DNA of 63,914 nucleotides, the filler included, from Collodictyon triciliatum (Eukaryota), in assembly GCA_043381765.1 (NCBI GenBank). It is 8 parts of 8 records of this genome, joined end to end, with 100 filler letters (N's around TTAATTAATTAA, not from the genome) between each part and the next. Parts side by side here need not be neighbours in the genome. Positions count along the whole stretch, not along the records: positions 24,680 to 32,800 come from JBHJMP010003580.1; positions 32,901 to 41,015 come from JBHJMP010003581.1; positions 41,116 to 49,227 come from JBHJMP010003582.1; 5 more parts are not named here. One strand, written 5' to 3'. Position numbers and translations under genes: made by a program. The notes under the pieces were generated by a model that saw nothing but the letters and a program-made list of their open reading frames with translations, ran no database searches and was not told where the DNA came from. Below, piece after piece: positions 27,801-41,228 of the stretch. The first letter of the stretch is position 1, and every line of letters starts with the position of its first letter.

Positions 27801-30800
27801 ATGGACCGATTCAACAATAACAAGAAAATATTCCTGTTCATTCTTTCCACTAGGAGTGGTGGCATAGGTGTTAATCTGACGGGGGCTGATACGGTCATAT
27901 TCTATGACAGTGATTGGAATCCCTCGATGGATGCCCAGGTGATAAGCCTATAGAAATTTGACGCCCAATGAACGAAACTGATTGTCAGCTGTTTCTTTCG
28001 CTATTGCAGTTATATCATTGGCATTTTATTTGTGTGTGTATCAAGTTTTTGTGGACATACGTGCCTATTAGAAATACTAATAATATTATCTGCGTAATTA
28101 TGAAGGCCCAAGACCGTTGTCATCGTATCGGCCAGACAAGAGAAGTTCATATATATCGGCTTGTGACAGAGAAAACGGTGGAGGAAAATATCATAAAGAA
28201 AGCCAACCAGAAGCGGTCACTAGACCACGTCGTGACTGCAGGGGACTTTACCACAGACTTTTTTTCGCAAACGGATCTGAAGGATTTCTTCCAGACAGCA
28301 CAACCATCAAGAGCATCATCCATGTATGAGTCAGTTACCAAAAGAAAAAATTGACATGCGGTCTTTCAAAAGCTTATTTGAAAGATTAGCACCACGAAAA
28401 TAATAGAATCGCTAATTTTAATTGTGTTTACAAAATGCTCTAGGATTGACCAACCAACATCAAAGCTGTCATTGCAGGATTGGGAGGCTGCTGTTTGTAA
28501 TGTCGAGGACCAGGATGATGTAGCAGGTTCTCCTCGTTTCCTCTTTTTTCTTTTTTTTCTTTTTTTTCTTTTTTTTCTTTTTTTTCTTTTTTTTCTTTTT
28601 TTTCTTTTTTTTCTTTTTTTTCTTTTTTTTCTTTTTTTTCTTTTTTTCTTTTTCTTTTTTATACTGATGTATCTGTTATGTATAGACAAAAGAAAATTGT
28701 AATCCAGGGTAAGCTGATGTTTTAATTATTTATTGTTTTTTTATTCTTCCTTTCTTTAATTATTTATTGTATTCACTGTATTTATTAGCGTTCCAGCAAG
28801 CCAGAGGCGAAATTGCCAAAGAACTGGATGAATTCAACGAGAGCATCCCCATAAGGGTAGGAACGTGTTTAATCGCACACACGCCAGCTCTGTTCTCTCT
28901 GACCTTTCCCTTGATGCAGCAGCAAGAGGACGATTCATTAAACGTCTCGACACACACAACCACGAGAGAGGCGTCTGATGACCCTCGTTCGTGCCAAAAA
29001 TCTGAACCCACCGAATTTGACATCATCAAATCGAGACTGACTCCTGTGCAAAGGTTTCTGATTTTTCCTTCTCTTTCGTTTTAGTGTCAGTCTTCAGTTT
29101 GTGGGTGTTATTGTGCTCATGTAATGAAATGTTTCATTTTCTCAACCTTTCTTTGTAATCAGATACGCCCTTGGCTTTCTTCAATGCGATTACCCTGGCG
29201 AATCCGATGAAAGAGCTGCTGCTGGTTACTCTCACGACGAATGGGACATTGATCATGTTGAACGGCTGAGGCATGAGCAGCTCAAAATCGGTGAAGTCGA
29301 GGAAGTGACTTCATATCAGGTGTGATTGATATTTCACATTAGGTAGTTTTCTACCTTCTTATATTTCGACATTGTGCTTTACCTAGAAGTATATAATGCA
29401 TAGCGTAATTAGCTTCAACGAAGCTTTAGCTACTTCATGTTATACCTCGTTGTGTAGTATTCATTGGTTGACCCGACTAGCTTTAGGTGTGTAACCCAAG
29501 CCAGGAGGTCCGCGACGGTCACTGGGAATCCTGCAACCTTCATGAGGACGAAATTCACCATCTTGTCAAAGAACAGATTCCCAGCGACCTTCGCATAAAT
29601 CCAAATGTATTTTTATATAACCCACCTGATTATTCGGAACAAGAAGTGTATATATCGAAAGAACCTGTCTGGTTGTCCAGAATTCAAGAAGCATTCATTA
29701 GTAATACAGATGTATGGGAGAATGATTTTTATCCAAAGGTATTTAATTGATGTTTTATTTGTCATAAATTTTCTGTAACTTATACATATATAAATAGATA
29801 AAAAAAAATCTCCCTTTTTTTTGAGACATCTGATTGGAGTCTTTATTTTATTTATTTTTTGTATCGATTTATGTTGCTTTTTTTCCCCCCTTTGTTCGAT
29901 TCAATTTTGTATTGACCTATGGTAATCCTTTATCCTAAAATGTGAAACCACCCCACCTTTCAGCCCGATGACTATTTGCTACCTGCGGATTCTTCCGTTC
30001 CTGTCGTCAGCACAGAGGCGCCGCCACCATCACAAGACAGAAATGTGCCCAAGCAGGGTATTTTAAATTCATCTTTATCTTTACTTGGAACTGGTGGTTA
30101 TTTTCGTACATAAAAGAAAGCTTCAAAACCATATTCTTATTTCCTATATTGTCGCCAACATTGATTCTAAAAACATCTTATATTTACTACTCTCTTGTTT
30201 GGCGTCTGCAGAAAAGTAAGCAATTTTTCAACAGTCTTATATATCTGTTTATATATTCAAAGTTTGAACGGTGCCATGTTTAATTCAACATGCTCATATT
30301 ATTCGCTCCCACTGCTGTGTGTGTGTCTGAAGAGTGCGTAAGCAGAAACAGCGGAAGGCAACATCCCCATCGCGTAATATCGGGATGGAATATAATTTCA
30401 ACGCGCAACAGTGGACTGCAGAAGAGGAGAGCACTTTGCTTCAGGTTGCACAATCCACAAATCCAGTGAACTGGGACCTTGTTGCAATCACTCTGATGGC
30501 AAAAGTCCCCGTGATTGGGCGGCAGCACATAGCAAAATCGGTGCAAGAGCGTTGGAAGAAACTTCAGGAAACGTTGAAACCGTCTGAACCTACTGTGTCG
30601 ACTGTCCCATATGTGAATCCGACGTCATCGACTTTCTCGCTCCAAGTGCGCAATCAGAAGATAACCAGCATCATAGACATCTCCATGAAGTCAAGGAAGC
30701 CATCGCTCTTGCTGATGAAACCAAATGGTATAAATACCAATTTTCCTTCTTTTTCTTTTTCTCTTCTTTTTTCTCTTCTTTTTTCTCTTCTTTTTTCTCT

Positions 30801-32676
30801 TCTTTTTTCTCTTCTTTTTTCTCTTCTTTTTTCTCTTCTTTTTTCTCTTCTTTTTTCTCTTCTTTTATCTTGTTAATCTAAATATGCATTCTCATTTTAG
30901 CTCCGGTGATTCCACAGCACAACTCCCACCACATCCACATCCAATCTCTCCCAGTGAGCAAATACTGCGCAACCCCAGTTGAAATCCTGCAAAGGTCCCA
31001 AGCCCTCGCACCCAATCCGCCTGATCAGTTCAAGGTTTATCGCACGGCACACGACCAAACACTTTTATTAAACAATTCAACTGACCCCTGCAACAAAACC
31101 CCCAAAGCAAAGAAAACGGCACAGTTTCATACCAGAATCTCCGCGCTAATATATCGACACGATGTGCATAGGTTGAGCCCCAGTCGGGTGCAGACTTGTC
31201 AACCCCTTCAACCCACCAACTGTACAAACACAACGCCTCGTCATCGGCCGACTATTCCCAGCCTAATCTACATGCGTCGTCCGCTTTGCCGCTGCCTCCC
31301 TCTCGTCCGCCCATGGCACATTCAATCACGTCGCAGATGCCAAAGCAGCCACACCAGCAAATCGGACATGCTACTATCTCCAAAATCATATCCTACAAGA
31401 TGGAGCACGATTCACAGGTGAAGATGCAGGTCGATTCCAGCCCGGTTACATCGGTCATGGGAGTCCCCCCCGCAGTTGCCCACGACCCGTCGAAAAGCTC
31501 ACCTCAGTTTTCAATCACACCGATGAGCCAGCTTGGCGCGAGTCCGCGTTTGGTTTGTCTTGTTTCTTTGCCATCTGCATCTACCAGCATGCCAACTAGT
31601 GCCTCAGTCTGCTTATGTTCACAATTTGGAGAGAAAATAAAAATGGCTCCCATATTTACGTGGTTTTTTTTTTTTTTGACCGTATCAAAGGTTTCTCCTT
31701 CTGCACAGGCTTCACAGGTTCAACCAGCGGGTCCTATTTTCCAGCAGGCAAATCTCCCTCCAACAAAAGGAACCACAAAGCAGCCGAGAAACCCCACGAA
31801 AAAGAGTACAACTGTCAAATCGCAGAACCTTCCGTCACAGGTTGGAATATCTCGTCGACTATTCACAACTATCATTTGTTGGTACACGTGCTTTACTATT
31901 TGGCCTATCTTTGTAATCGAAAGTGAAGCATAGGGAAAACAAACAAAAGAAAAAAGAATAACATGCATCGCTATTATGAGTATTGATATGTTGAAAGAAA
32001 GGCCCGTAATTGTTGTGTTTGGTGTAGTCTTCCTCACAGGCTAGCCGCAAAGCCTCTCTATCGGCAACGGTACCTTCGTCGTCTATGATTCCGACGCTAT
32101 CTGCGCCTCCCTCGACGGGAACTGCCACACAGACAGCTGTGTCCGTCTCTGGAAACCCCGGCGGGAATCCGCTGCCTTCTGCCATCTCGAGCTTACAGGT
32201 TTAATACTCTTTTTTTTTTCTTTTTCTTGGCTAGATTACTTTATCATATTCTTTGTACGCATTTGGAACCAGCTGCGCATAAATCAGCTATATTTATCCC
32301 CAAGCAGCGATGTGTCGGCTGCTGTCTCAACTGACAAACCCTCCTCTTTTCTCTGTCATCCAGTCATCACTGCAGCTGAAGCCGCCGTCTCAACATGCTG
32401 TCCACGGCCAGTCGTTTGTCTCCATGAACCCTGGTACGTTCTGCTTTAATATAGTAGTAACAAATGGACCCCAAAAGCCATACCATGCTTGCTCTAAGAA
32501 AGTTGTGTTGTCAGAAAGTTTTTTCGCTTTAAAAAAAAGCTAAAGACCGACTGCTTATACTTGTGGCCAAAATAAATTGCATCTTCATTTTGAGCGAATG
32601 ACAAGTACTCATCCAACAAAAAATAAGGTCATCTCCAACATCCTTCTGCTGCAGCAACCCGTCCAGCAATACCTTG
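24802..32676 (+). CDS. SWR1: SWR1/SRCAP/PIE1 Snf2-family chromatin remodeller with C-terminal SANT/Myb-like domain; both ends cut by contig breaks
   Basis: [165 protein letters not shown]-like [10 protein letters not shown]...NWDLVA...QERW. Confidence 0.95.
28540..28660 (+). repeat. (TTTTTTTTC)n intronic microsatellite
   Basis: Visible directly. Confidence 0.9.
29857..29921 (-). mobile_element. Ultra-short insertion (about 31 nt, 29874-29904) with degenerate 17-bp TSD in a SWR1 intron
   Basis: Minus-strand insert is TTGAATCGAACAAAGG followed by a G run and an A run. Flanks on + are TTTTGTATCGATTTATG and TTTTGTATTGACCTATG (3 transitions). Confidence 0.6.
30750..30866 (+). repeat. (TTTTTTCTCTTC)n intronic microsatellite
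   Basis: Visible directly. Confidence 0.9.
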
Positions 32677-32800
32677 TAACTTTTTTCCCTTTTTTTTCTC
32701 TCTTTTTTTTCTCTCTTTTTTTTCTCTCTTTTTTTTCTCTCTTTTTTTTCTCTCTTTTTTTTCTCTCTTTTTTTTCTCTCTTTTTTTTCTCTCTTTTTTT

Positions 32801-32900
32801 NNNNNNNNNNNNNNNNNNNNNNNNNNNNNNNNNNNNNNNNNNNNTTAATTAATTAANNNNNNNNNNNNNNNNNNNNNNNNNNNNNNNNNNNNNNNNNNNN
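32801..32900. other. Artificial contig linker
   Basis: N44-TTAATTAATTAA-N44. Confidence 0.98.
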
Positions 32901-32985
<85 letters not shown>

Positions 32986-33164
32986 TCTTTGCGTTCGTTT
33001 CTTTGTGATTCATGTCCTTGTTTTAAAGCCAAAATGGGTGTAGGATTCTCGACTCCAAAATGGTTTCATGGCTGCGGATGGAGCTAAGAAACACAGTAAA
33101 AGGGGTCAAATAATGATAAGCACAGATAGGCTCGGACAAGGGAAAAAAAAAGGCATATGAATAA

Positions 33165-33255
33165 GCTTATCGATGTAGCTATTTTTTTTTTTTTTTTATT
33201 CTTCCTCTCAATTTTGTGCAGGATGGTGGAGATGTTGGCTTATCGATGTAGCTAT
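33165..33255 (-). mobile_element. 55-nt poly(A)-tailed retro-insertion with perfect 18-bp TSD
   Basis: Minus strand: ATAGCTACATCGATAAGC [CAACATCTCCACCATCCTGCACAAAATTGAGAGGAAGAAT-poly(A)] ATAGCTACATCGATAAGC, preceded by TTTTT. Confidence 0.8.
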
Positions 33256-33317
33256 AAAAAATACGTGCAGTTCATTGCAAGGGATGGTATACCTTCCATC
33301 GTATATGCCAGCAGACT

Positions 33318-36300
33318 CTACTTTGCCTTCCACTTGTCCGCCCTCCTTGCATCCTTCTCCACTCCCCATCCGTTCCTGTAGCATTCACTCAAAATCGCGC
33401 ATGCTTTCGGGTGCTTTGGATTTCCCCAGTCTCGCATCTCTGCGAATTCTTTAAGCGCATTAAAAGCGTCCTGACAGTTTTCCTGCGCCAGACGCTTCAG
33501 CTCGTCAAAGTTTTCAGTCTTGGAATACCACTCGGTCGCCTTTTTCAGGTTGATAACGACACCAAGACCACGTTCGTAAGACTCGGCCACTTTGTTTGAC
33601 TGGAACTTTGTGTGCTTTCCCTTCTCACAGAACTTGATAAAGTCTTCGTCAAAGAAAGCGGCGCCCTTCGAGAGCAGAATCTTTTTGCTCGCCTCGCTCA
33701 GGTTCAGCACCCCACGGCATATCATCTCTCCACCTTCCAGCCTTTGGGCTTCGCCGCTTGATGCCTGCTTGGACTGGCGGTTCTTTATCTTCCGTCCGAT
33801 CTCCACATCCCAGACATAAATAAGCTTGTCGTCTGTAACAGAGACCAACCAGACCTCTCCATTCGGACCAGTGGCTGTGGCCATGCGACTCAATTGTCTT
33901 CCGCTTCCCTCCAGTCTCTTCGTCATGCCCCCATTCACCAGGTCCCAAAGGCAGATTGAGAACTCGTCGCCTGAAAACGCTATCCATCTTTCTCCTTTCG
34001 GTCCATTTATGCCACATATGACGCGAGCCCCAGGCTCCGATAGGTTGAGAACGTCTGGTTCATCGTGAGTAATTGGATTCCAAACACCGACTGTAAGGTC
34101 CGAGAGAGGGAACACAATAAGGTCCTCACCTTTTGGTCCCTTAATTGCAGCTGAAGATGTTACTGAGGTAGAAAGCTTGTTGTACATCTTGACCATTGCC
34201 CCGGTATTGATGTCCCATATGCGGATGCTTTTATCCGCACCTCCAGAGGCCAGCCAGTTTTCTCCATTGGGACCGCGAATCCACCCGAGATGGTAGACGA
34301 ACCCTACGTGACCTTGCAAAACTTTCACCTGATTCCCAGTGAGTACGTCCCATAGCCGAATGGTTGCATCTCGGCTGCTAGAGGCCAGCCAGGTCTCTCC
34401 GGCGGGGCCCTGGACGGCACATAGTCCGTTGACATAGTTGGAGTGGCCTTTCAAGATTTTAACCTCTTTTCCAGTCGACACACTCCAAAGGCGAACCGTG
34501 TCGTCTCTACTCCCAGAAGCTATAAGCGTCTCTCCACTCGCCCCTTCCACACAACAGATGATGTTGATAAAATCAGAATGTCCTCGGAAGGTTCTTACTT
34601 CCCTCTTTGTGAGTAAATCAAACACACGTACAGTATTGTCATTGCTCCCAGATGCCACCCAGCATTGCCCATTCGGACCCCGGAGCCCAACGATGCAACG
34701 AATGGCCTCCGAGTGTCCGGCAATCGCGGTGTGAGGAATGCCAAACTCAATGTCTTTCATGTTGGCGAAGTTGAATGTGCAATTGCCGAGATACGTATTT
34801 GTAAAGTTGACCCCTGTTAAATCTGCACCCGTCAGATCTGCTTTATGGAGGATGGATCGAGTCAGATTGGCGTAAGGTATCTTGATGTTTGTGAGGTCCA
34901 TCCCATTGAAGGAGACATTCATAAAATTGAGAAGCGTGATGGCATTTGATGCGGCTTGTGATTTAGTCTCGTCGCTTCGTGACATATAAACGATATTGAA
35001 GAGGTTAGGGATGATCTGGTCTCGATCGAGACTGGTGTCCTCCGCAACTCCCTCGACGTGTGTCTCGATAAATTTTCTGTACTGGGTGAACTCATAGGGC
35101 TCCTTGATTATCCCAGCTAGTTTGTAATGGATAGAAAGATATTCGCATCCAACTAGAGTTCGGTCGTGTATCCAGCCGAGTTGTGCAGTCATCTTTTCAT
35201 TCATCTTTGTCCAAAACTGCACTCCTTCGTGGAAGAGCTTCTGTTCTTTGAGGAATGAATCAAGCATTTTTAAAGCAGCCCAGGTGTTCCATCCTTCAAG
35301 AGTAGATGTCTTGATGTAGCTTTCAATCATCGCTTTATATAGCTGAATGACAGGTTCGTGCAAAAATTTACTTCTCATCATTTTCCCCAACATTATGATT
35401 TGGTTCATGTCAGTCAGTGACATTATCGTGTTTGTCGCCTTCCGGATTTTTGCTGCTTGTTGAAAGTACTCTTGACATTGGGCATCGCTGGTTATGTAAA
35501 GAGAAAGGGGATCAGAAAAAAAACTATTTATCAACACAACTTTATGTATTAATAGTGATGATGTTTCTTTCTTTTAAAAAAACTTGGAATTTTGTTATAT
35601 TGCCAGGACTGTGATGATATTTTACGTTACATATTGTAAATTTACTTCATTAATACTTGACATTGTGTAGGATATGGAGATGGGGGAGACATGAATAATA
35701 CACTTGTAAACAAAAAAAAAAAACTAGCAAAGCAAACAAATTAAAAAAAAAAAAAAGGATAGAGGGTGTGGCTTTCGGTTATTAATCCTTGTAACTTACC
35801 ATTGAAGTGAATAATTTGCTCTTCCTATATTTTCGAGGGATGTAGCAACATCGGGGTGGTCGTATCCAAGTGTTCGTCGGCGGATTTCGAGTGTTTTCGT
35901 GAACATTTTCAAACTTTCAAAATACCTGATATACACATAATGAAGTGGATTGGTTTTATGCGGTTTGCAAGTACTTCCTTGATTTTTATGTCCACATTTT
36001 AATCGATGCAAAAGCATTTTTAACCCATATGCATTCAAAATATAATTTCCTGTTTTTTCTTTCTTGAAAGGTTCAACAAGGTTTTATCGAATGGCAAAGC
36101 TAAAATTACTCTTTCGCATCGTAGTTGATTATTCCGATACTTTCGTAGGTGTTGACAACATTTGGATGATTCTCACTCAAAGTTTGTGTAAATATTTCTA
36201 ATGATGATGTTAACATTGGCAGAGCCAAAGAATTCCTGGTAAATTGATAATAATATCAGAAATCTTACTTCATCTACGTCAACTTGCATACAGCTATTTT

Positions 36301-39300
36301 AATTAGTATATTTATGTATACATCATTAGAACACTGAATAAAGAAAAGGAAAAATCTTAATCGTCTCACTCTTCACGAATCATATGAACGTCAGCTATAT
36401 CTTTCAAGATTGCGGCAACTGAGGGGTGTTGGTCGCCGAATGCCTTCAGAAGAATCTCCTGTGCTTTTTTGTATCTGGCGATAGCTTCATCGTACCTACA
36501 TTATATCATGTAACCATAAATGGAGGAATTAAATGGTCAACACACAGAGCCATCAGAAATACTCGACAGTTATATAAAGGTCTCTCTCAAATTGACAGTT
36601 CCTGCATAAATATGTCGACTTTTCCATGTAATCATATAAATGTAATTATATGTACTTTGAGTTAGGGCGATGTGCTAAATTTTTAGAGATGGATTACTTC
36701 TTTTCTGTCTTGCATATGTGCCCCATATTTGTGAACGAAGATGCCATGAGAGGGTGTTCGCTGCCTACTTTTTTGAATCTAATATGCATGGCAGTCTGAA
36801 ATTCTTGGGAAGCTTCAGTCAACCTAAAGAGTTTAACACAATTATATTTTACAAAACTGAAATAATAAGAAAAGGAACTGTGTCTCATTTGCATTATAAT
36901 AGAANNNNNNNNNNNNNNNNNNNNNNNNNNNNNNNNNNNNNNNNNNNNNNNNNNNNNNNNNNNNNNNNNNNNNNNNNNNNNNNNNNNNNNNNNNNNNNNN
37001 NNNNNNNNNNNNNNNNNNNNNNNNNNNNNNNNNNNNNNNNNNNNNNNNNNNNNNNNNNNNNNNNNNNNNNNNNNNNNNNNNNNNNNNNNAAAAAAAAAAA
37101 AGGAATTTGCTTAACGAAAGTAGTCATGTCTCGCTTTTTTAAGATATCGAATATTGTATATGAAACGAATTTGTGTTGACAAAATTATCCTAGTATGTTA
37201 GAAGAAAAAAATACCTATTTTCATTCTCGCACACAATACCAATTTCTTCATAGATCGACGCAAGGGTCTCTGTAGATTCAGATTTTTGTAGTTCAAGCTC
37301 CAGACATTTCTGGAAGAAATACATGGCCTCCTTCCAGCTAGTTTTTATTTTATTTTCAGAAAAATGTGAACAAAATATTATGATAATAATCTTGTGACGA
37401 TGAAATCAAATGTTGTGATGAAAAAATAATTGATATATCTTGGTCAAAAGAATGCACATAAATGAGTTTATAAAATAAACACACTCTTGAATATTTTTGT
37501 AAACTTTCCCAAGGACCATAAAGTCATCAGCCTTTGATTCTAAATCAATTATTTTACATTAATGGAGCATTATCAAGTTAACTATAATGGTTGAAATCCT
37601 ATATATTTTTTTTCGTAAATGATATTTTACATCTGCTATACAAAATCGCTAATGCCTAAAAGAATATAAAAACCTTCTGTCTGTCTCTTTGCGATACGTT
37701 TTAGAATGGAGGATATCAAAAATGAATTTTCGTACAGCTCAAGGAAAAACTCAGTAATCATTTGGCCGCCTATCGTGAGGGACTATGATATACAAAGGAA
37801 AAAAAAAGTTGGTGGCGTGAACAGAAAATCGAAAATATTAAATATCGCATATTTACATCATATAGAAAAGTTTCAATAATTGCAGACTCTTATTCAGGAC
37901 GACTCTCATGAGACGAGAAAAAAAAACCTTAGACAACGCATTATAGGCTAGCTTGTAATCAGCTATTCCTTTCGCATTCAATATACGCCAGCAATTGAAA
38001 AACTCATATCTGTATCGACCTCCAAGCATGTGAACAACAACCTGTTTAAATAGGCAAGGTTTAATTTTATTGTTATCTAAATACACCAAATGTGAATGAA
38101 TAGAATAAATAAATCTAAAATTTTATATGATCATTACGCTCTCTTCCTTAAGATACTCGACAAGAGCATCGTAGCATTCTCCATTGAGCAACTGGTGACA
38201 TATTTCAGCCACCAACTCTTCTTCGATATCTTCAGCCTCTGCGTATTCCCCAAAAAGCCACATTCCAAACTTTTTGTGGGACTCAACTTTGCGTTCAGGA
38301 TTGGAGAAAAAGTAATTCTTTATCGTTTCCAAGAGTAATTGGTGAAAGTACATGTATCTGGATTGAAGCATACCCCATACTTTAGTAAACCCTTTCAGAA
38401 GATGAAGAAAACTTACTCTGAAATTTTCTAATTTTTCTCTAGCTATCTAAAATATCTTAATTGTGTAAAGGTTTCGTAGAACCCCATCTATTTTTGGATG
38501 TTATTACCTTCCGTTTCGAACAAACAAAGAGTCGGCCAGTGTAAAAAAGAATGGTTTCCTAAAGGCCACATGAATAGAAATATTGATAATTACTTGAACA
38601 ATTAAAATAATATACGAGTGAAAAAAATATGAATCATATTGCTGCAAAATTTATTTCACATTCCTTCACTAACAAAATCAAATGTGGTCAGAGAAGTATA
38701 AGAAAAGAAACCATTCTGCAACGTTGAAGTTTGTTCCGATGCTACTTTGAATATACTTGTCCAAGTCACCCTCATTTAAACCGATGCGGGAGACGAATAA
38801 CACCATCATGGCTGTTTCGACAATAGGCGCTCCTGTATAATAATTACGGAAGGAAAATGAAAAACAGTATTCCATAGACTCTTTACGAAATAGTGTTTGT
38901 AAATTGCATTTGATAATCAAGCGCAAGACCTTGGGAGTTATATTTGCTTTCCCAACGATTGATAATGAGTGAGTACAACTGAATAACGCCATTGCAAGCC
39001 AACAGCGTGCTCAGCTCGCCATCAAGCTTTTCGTAGACCCCAAAAACGCGTATTTCATCAAGTACAAGACGCAGATACAGAGGGTGCCCTTTTTTGTGGT
39101 GGTTAAGTGCAGTCATTAGGGAGGAGATAAGGGTAAGAGAGGCGGGGGGAATAAAATATAATATGAATGAAGAGAGTCAAGATGAGAGTCAAGATGAGAG
39201 TCAAGATGAGAGTCACGATGAGAGTCACGATGAGAGTCAAGATGAGAGTCAAGATGGGGATGGGGATGGGGAAGCTTTAGCAAAGCTAGAGAGCGAAGAA

Positions 39301-40652
39301 GGCTGAATGAAATTTTCACCGAATTGATTTTATTAATACCTGTATCGCCCGCCTTTCCGAGAATCATCTCCATTTGGACTTCGCTCAACTTTTTATCGTA
39401 TCGACCAAGGAACGCAGACGTCCCTTCAGATATCTCTTCGTTTGTAAGTTTCGAAACTGGAATCAATTTCAATCCAAATCTCTCAGCGACCTTTAAAAAA
39501 AAACATTATATTTGGGAGATGTAATTTAAATATTATCATATATCCAGTCTTCAAAACTATATATGAAAATGTTGTGACTTTTCTTAATTTTTTTATCTTC
39601 AACGGTATTGCATCGCGCATCGTCAAATGATCGAACAATTTGAGGTATTTGGGAGATAGCCCACCTTGCACGAAACATGAGTATCAATTGTCGACACTAC
39701 CAACCCGATATTTTCTGGGGTTTTCTTGGGCAGCCATGTCAGAAGATGAGGTACCGGAGTTTCTTGAGAAGGATATATCTGATTGATGGCATCAATCAAA
39801 AAGACATACTTCTTTGACCTGTAGATAAATTATAAGTAAATATATGTAAATTAAGGAAAGATTTATCCATGGAGAGCACCCAAAATATAAACGAAAACGA
39901 AATATGGTTAAGGAGAACCAAAAGGTATGTAGCCATGTAAACCTGTTATTTAAGAAAAATCTTACAATTTCTTTGATTCTATCAAATTAAAGAGCCCTTG
40001 AATTCCCTCCTTCTGAAAATCTGAGTCTTTTTTTTTAAAAAAATTATTGCAATCAGAAAATTGCCGTAAAATTTTAAGAATACAAGTGAGATATATTATA
40101 GATATGATGCAATAATGGGTAATATTTTCTTTCCTTTATTCGATTTAAAGTGTAGCGAATGTAAGAATGGGTAATATTAAACAGGTGGGTAACTACCATC
40201 ATTATCTCGCAACTCCGCACTGAACGCATCATCGGAATTCAGCACCATCCTCCAAAAGCGAATCGAAATGCTACGCAAGTATTTTGTTTCATTTAAAAAT
40301 ATCACAAAGGGTATGCAATTTCCGAATTTTCAAAGGACCCTGTTTAATAATGATAATTTTTTGGTTTCCTTTCACTTTATTGACATGATTGAGAAGGGCT
40401 TGATGGGTGATGGCGATAATGATAATGATAATGGTAAAGTATGAATAAAAATTTAATAAAGGGAGCCCTATACCTTTCGACATAGTTGCTGAGATTTGTG
40501 CAGCCGACAAAGTGGTAAATCACAAACATGTCAGAGTCTTTTAAGGCGCGCAAGTCTCTCACGGTGGCCGCCATGAGCGATGATTTTCCTATTCCTGATT
40601 CTGCCGCTAAGACAGTAATCTTGATTTCTGTACCACTGAACATGTCCAAGAC
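33318..40652 (-). CDS. NACHT/STAND NTPase (NPHP3/TEP1-like) - TPR - pentapeptide - WD40 - SEL1 protein; 5' end lost
   Basis: Walker A AESGIGKSSLMA, Walker B region FLIDAINQ...WLPKKTP...VVST, GHPLYLRLVLDEIRVFG; TPRs (KKVGSEHPLMASSFTNMG, RTLGYDHPDVATSLENIG) spliced in frame to a 2170-nt terminal exon (35487-33318) with AASNAITLL...ADLTGADLTG, seven WD40 repeats and SEL1-like repeats. Confidence 0.9.
39172..39255. repeat. 12-bp minisatellite (GAGAGTCAAGAT/GAGAGTCACGAT) x7 in a NACHT-gene intron
   Basis: Visible directly. Confidence 0.9.
40114..40178 (-). mobile_element. Ultra-short insertion (39 nt, 40127-40165) with perfect 13-bp TSD in a NACHT-gene intron
   Basis: Minus strand: AATATTACCCATT [CTTACATTCGCTACACTTTAAATCGAATAAAGGAAAGAA] AATATTACCCATT. 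Confidence 0.75.
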
Positions 40653-40888
40653 CTATAAAATGTGCTACTTAGAATGAGGGGTTTGCAGGGGTTTTTTTTA
40701 GTGAGATATCCATTTCCCTTGTTTGGTAAGGAGATGCAATTATATATTTCAATTTTTGCAAGATATGAGGAAAAAATCTTTGATTTCATCTGATTTCGGA
40801 CGATGAAAAGAAAATTATTAAAAAAAAATAAAATTAAATTAATTTAAGCAATGGTTGACCCAGAATGCATCAAATGTTTTTCGGTTTA

Positions 40889-40927
40889 TGATTATTATTA
40901 TTATTATTATAATTATTATTATTATTA

Positions 40928-40989
<62 letters not shown>

Positions 40990-41228
40990 GTTATTATTAT
41001 TATTATTGTTATTATNNNNNNNNNNNNNNNNNNNNNNNNNNNNNNNNNNNNNNNNNNNNTTAATTAATTAANNNNNNNNNNNNNNNNNNNNNNNNNNNNN
41101 NNNNNNNNNNNNNNNTACATACATACATACATACATACATACATACATACATACATACATACATACATACATACATACATACATACATACATACATACAT
41201 ACATACATACATACATACATACATACAT
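40889..41228. repeat. (ATT)n and (TACA)n microsatellites on either side of the artificial linker at 41016-41115
   Basis: Visible directly. Confidence 0.95.

Noticed and set aside
39094-39306. ORF with DESQ repeats, or a CRISPR-like array
   Set aside because: A spacer-less 12-bp minisatellite inside a NACHT-gene intron.
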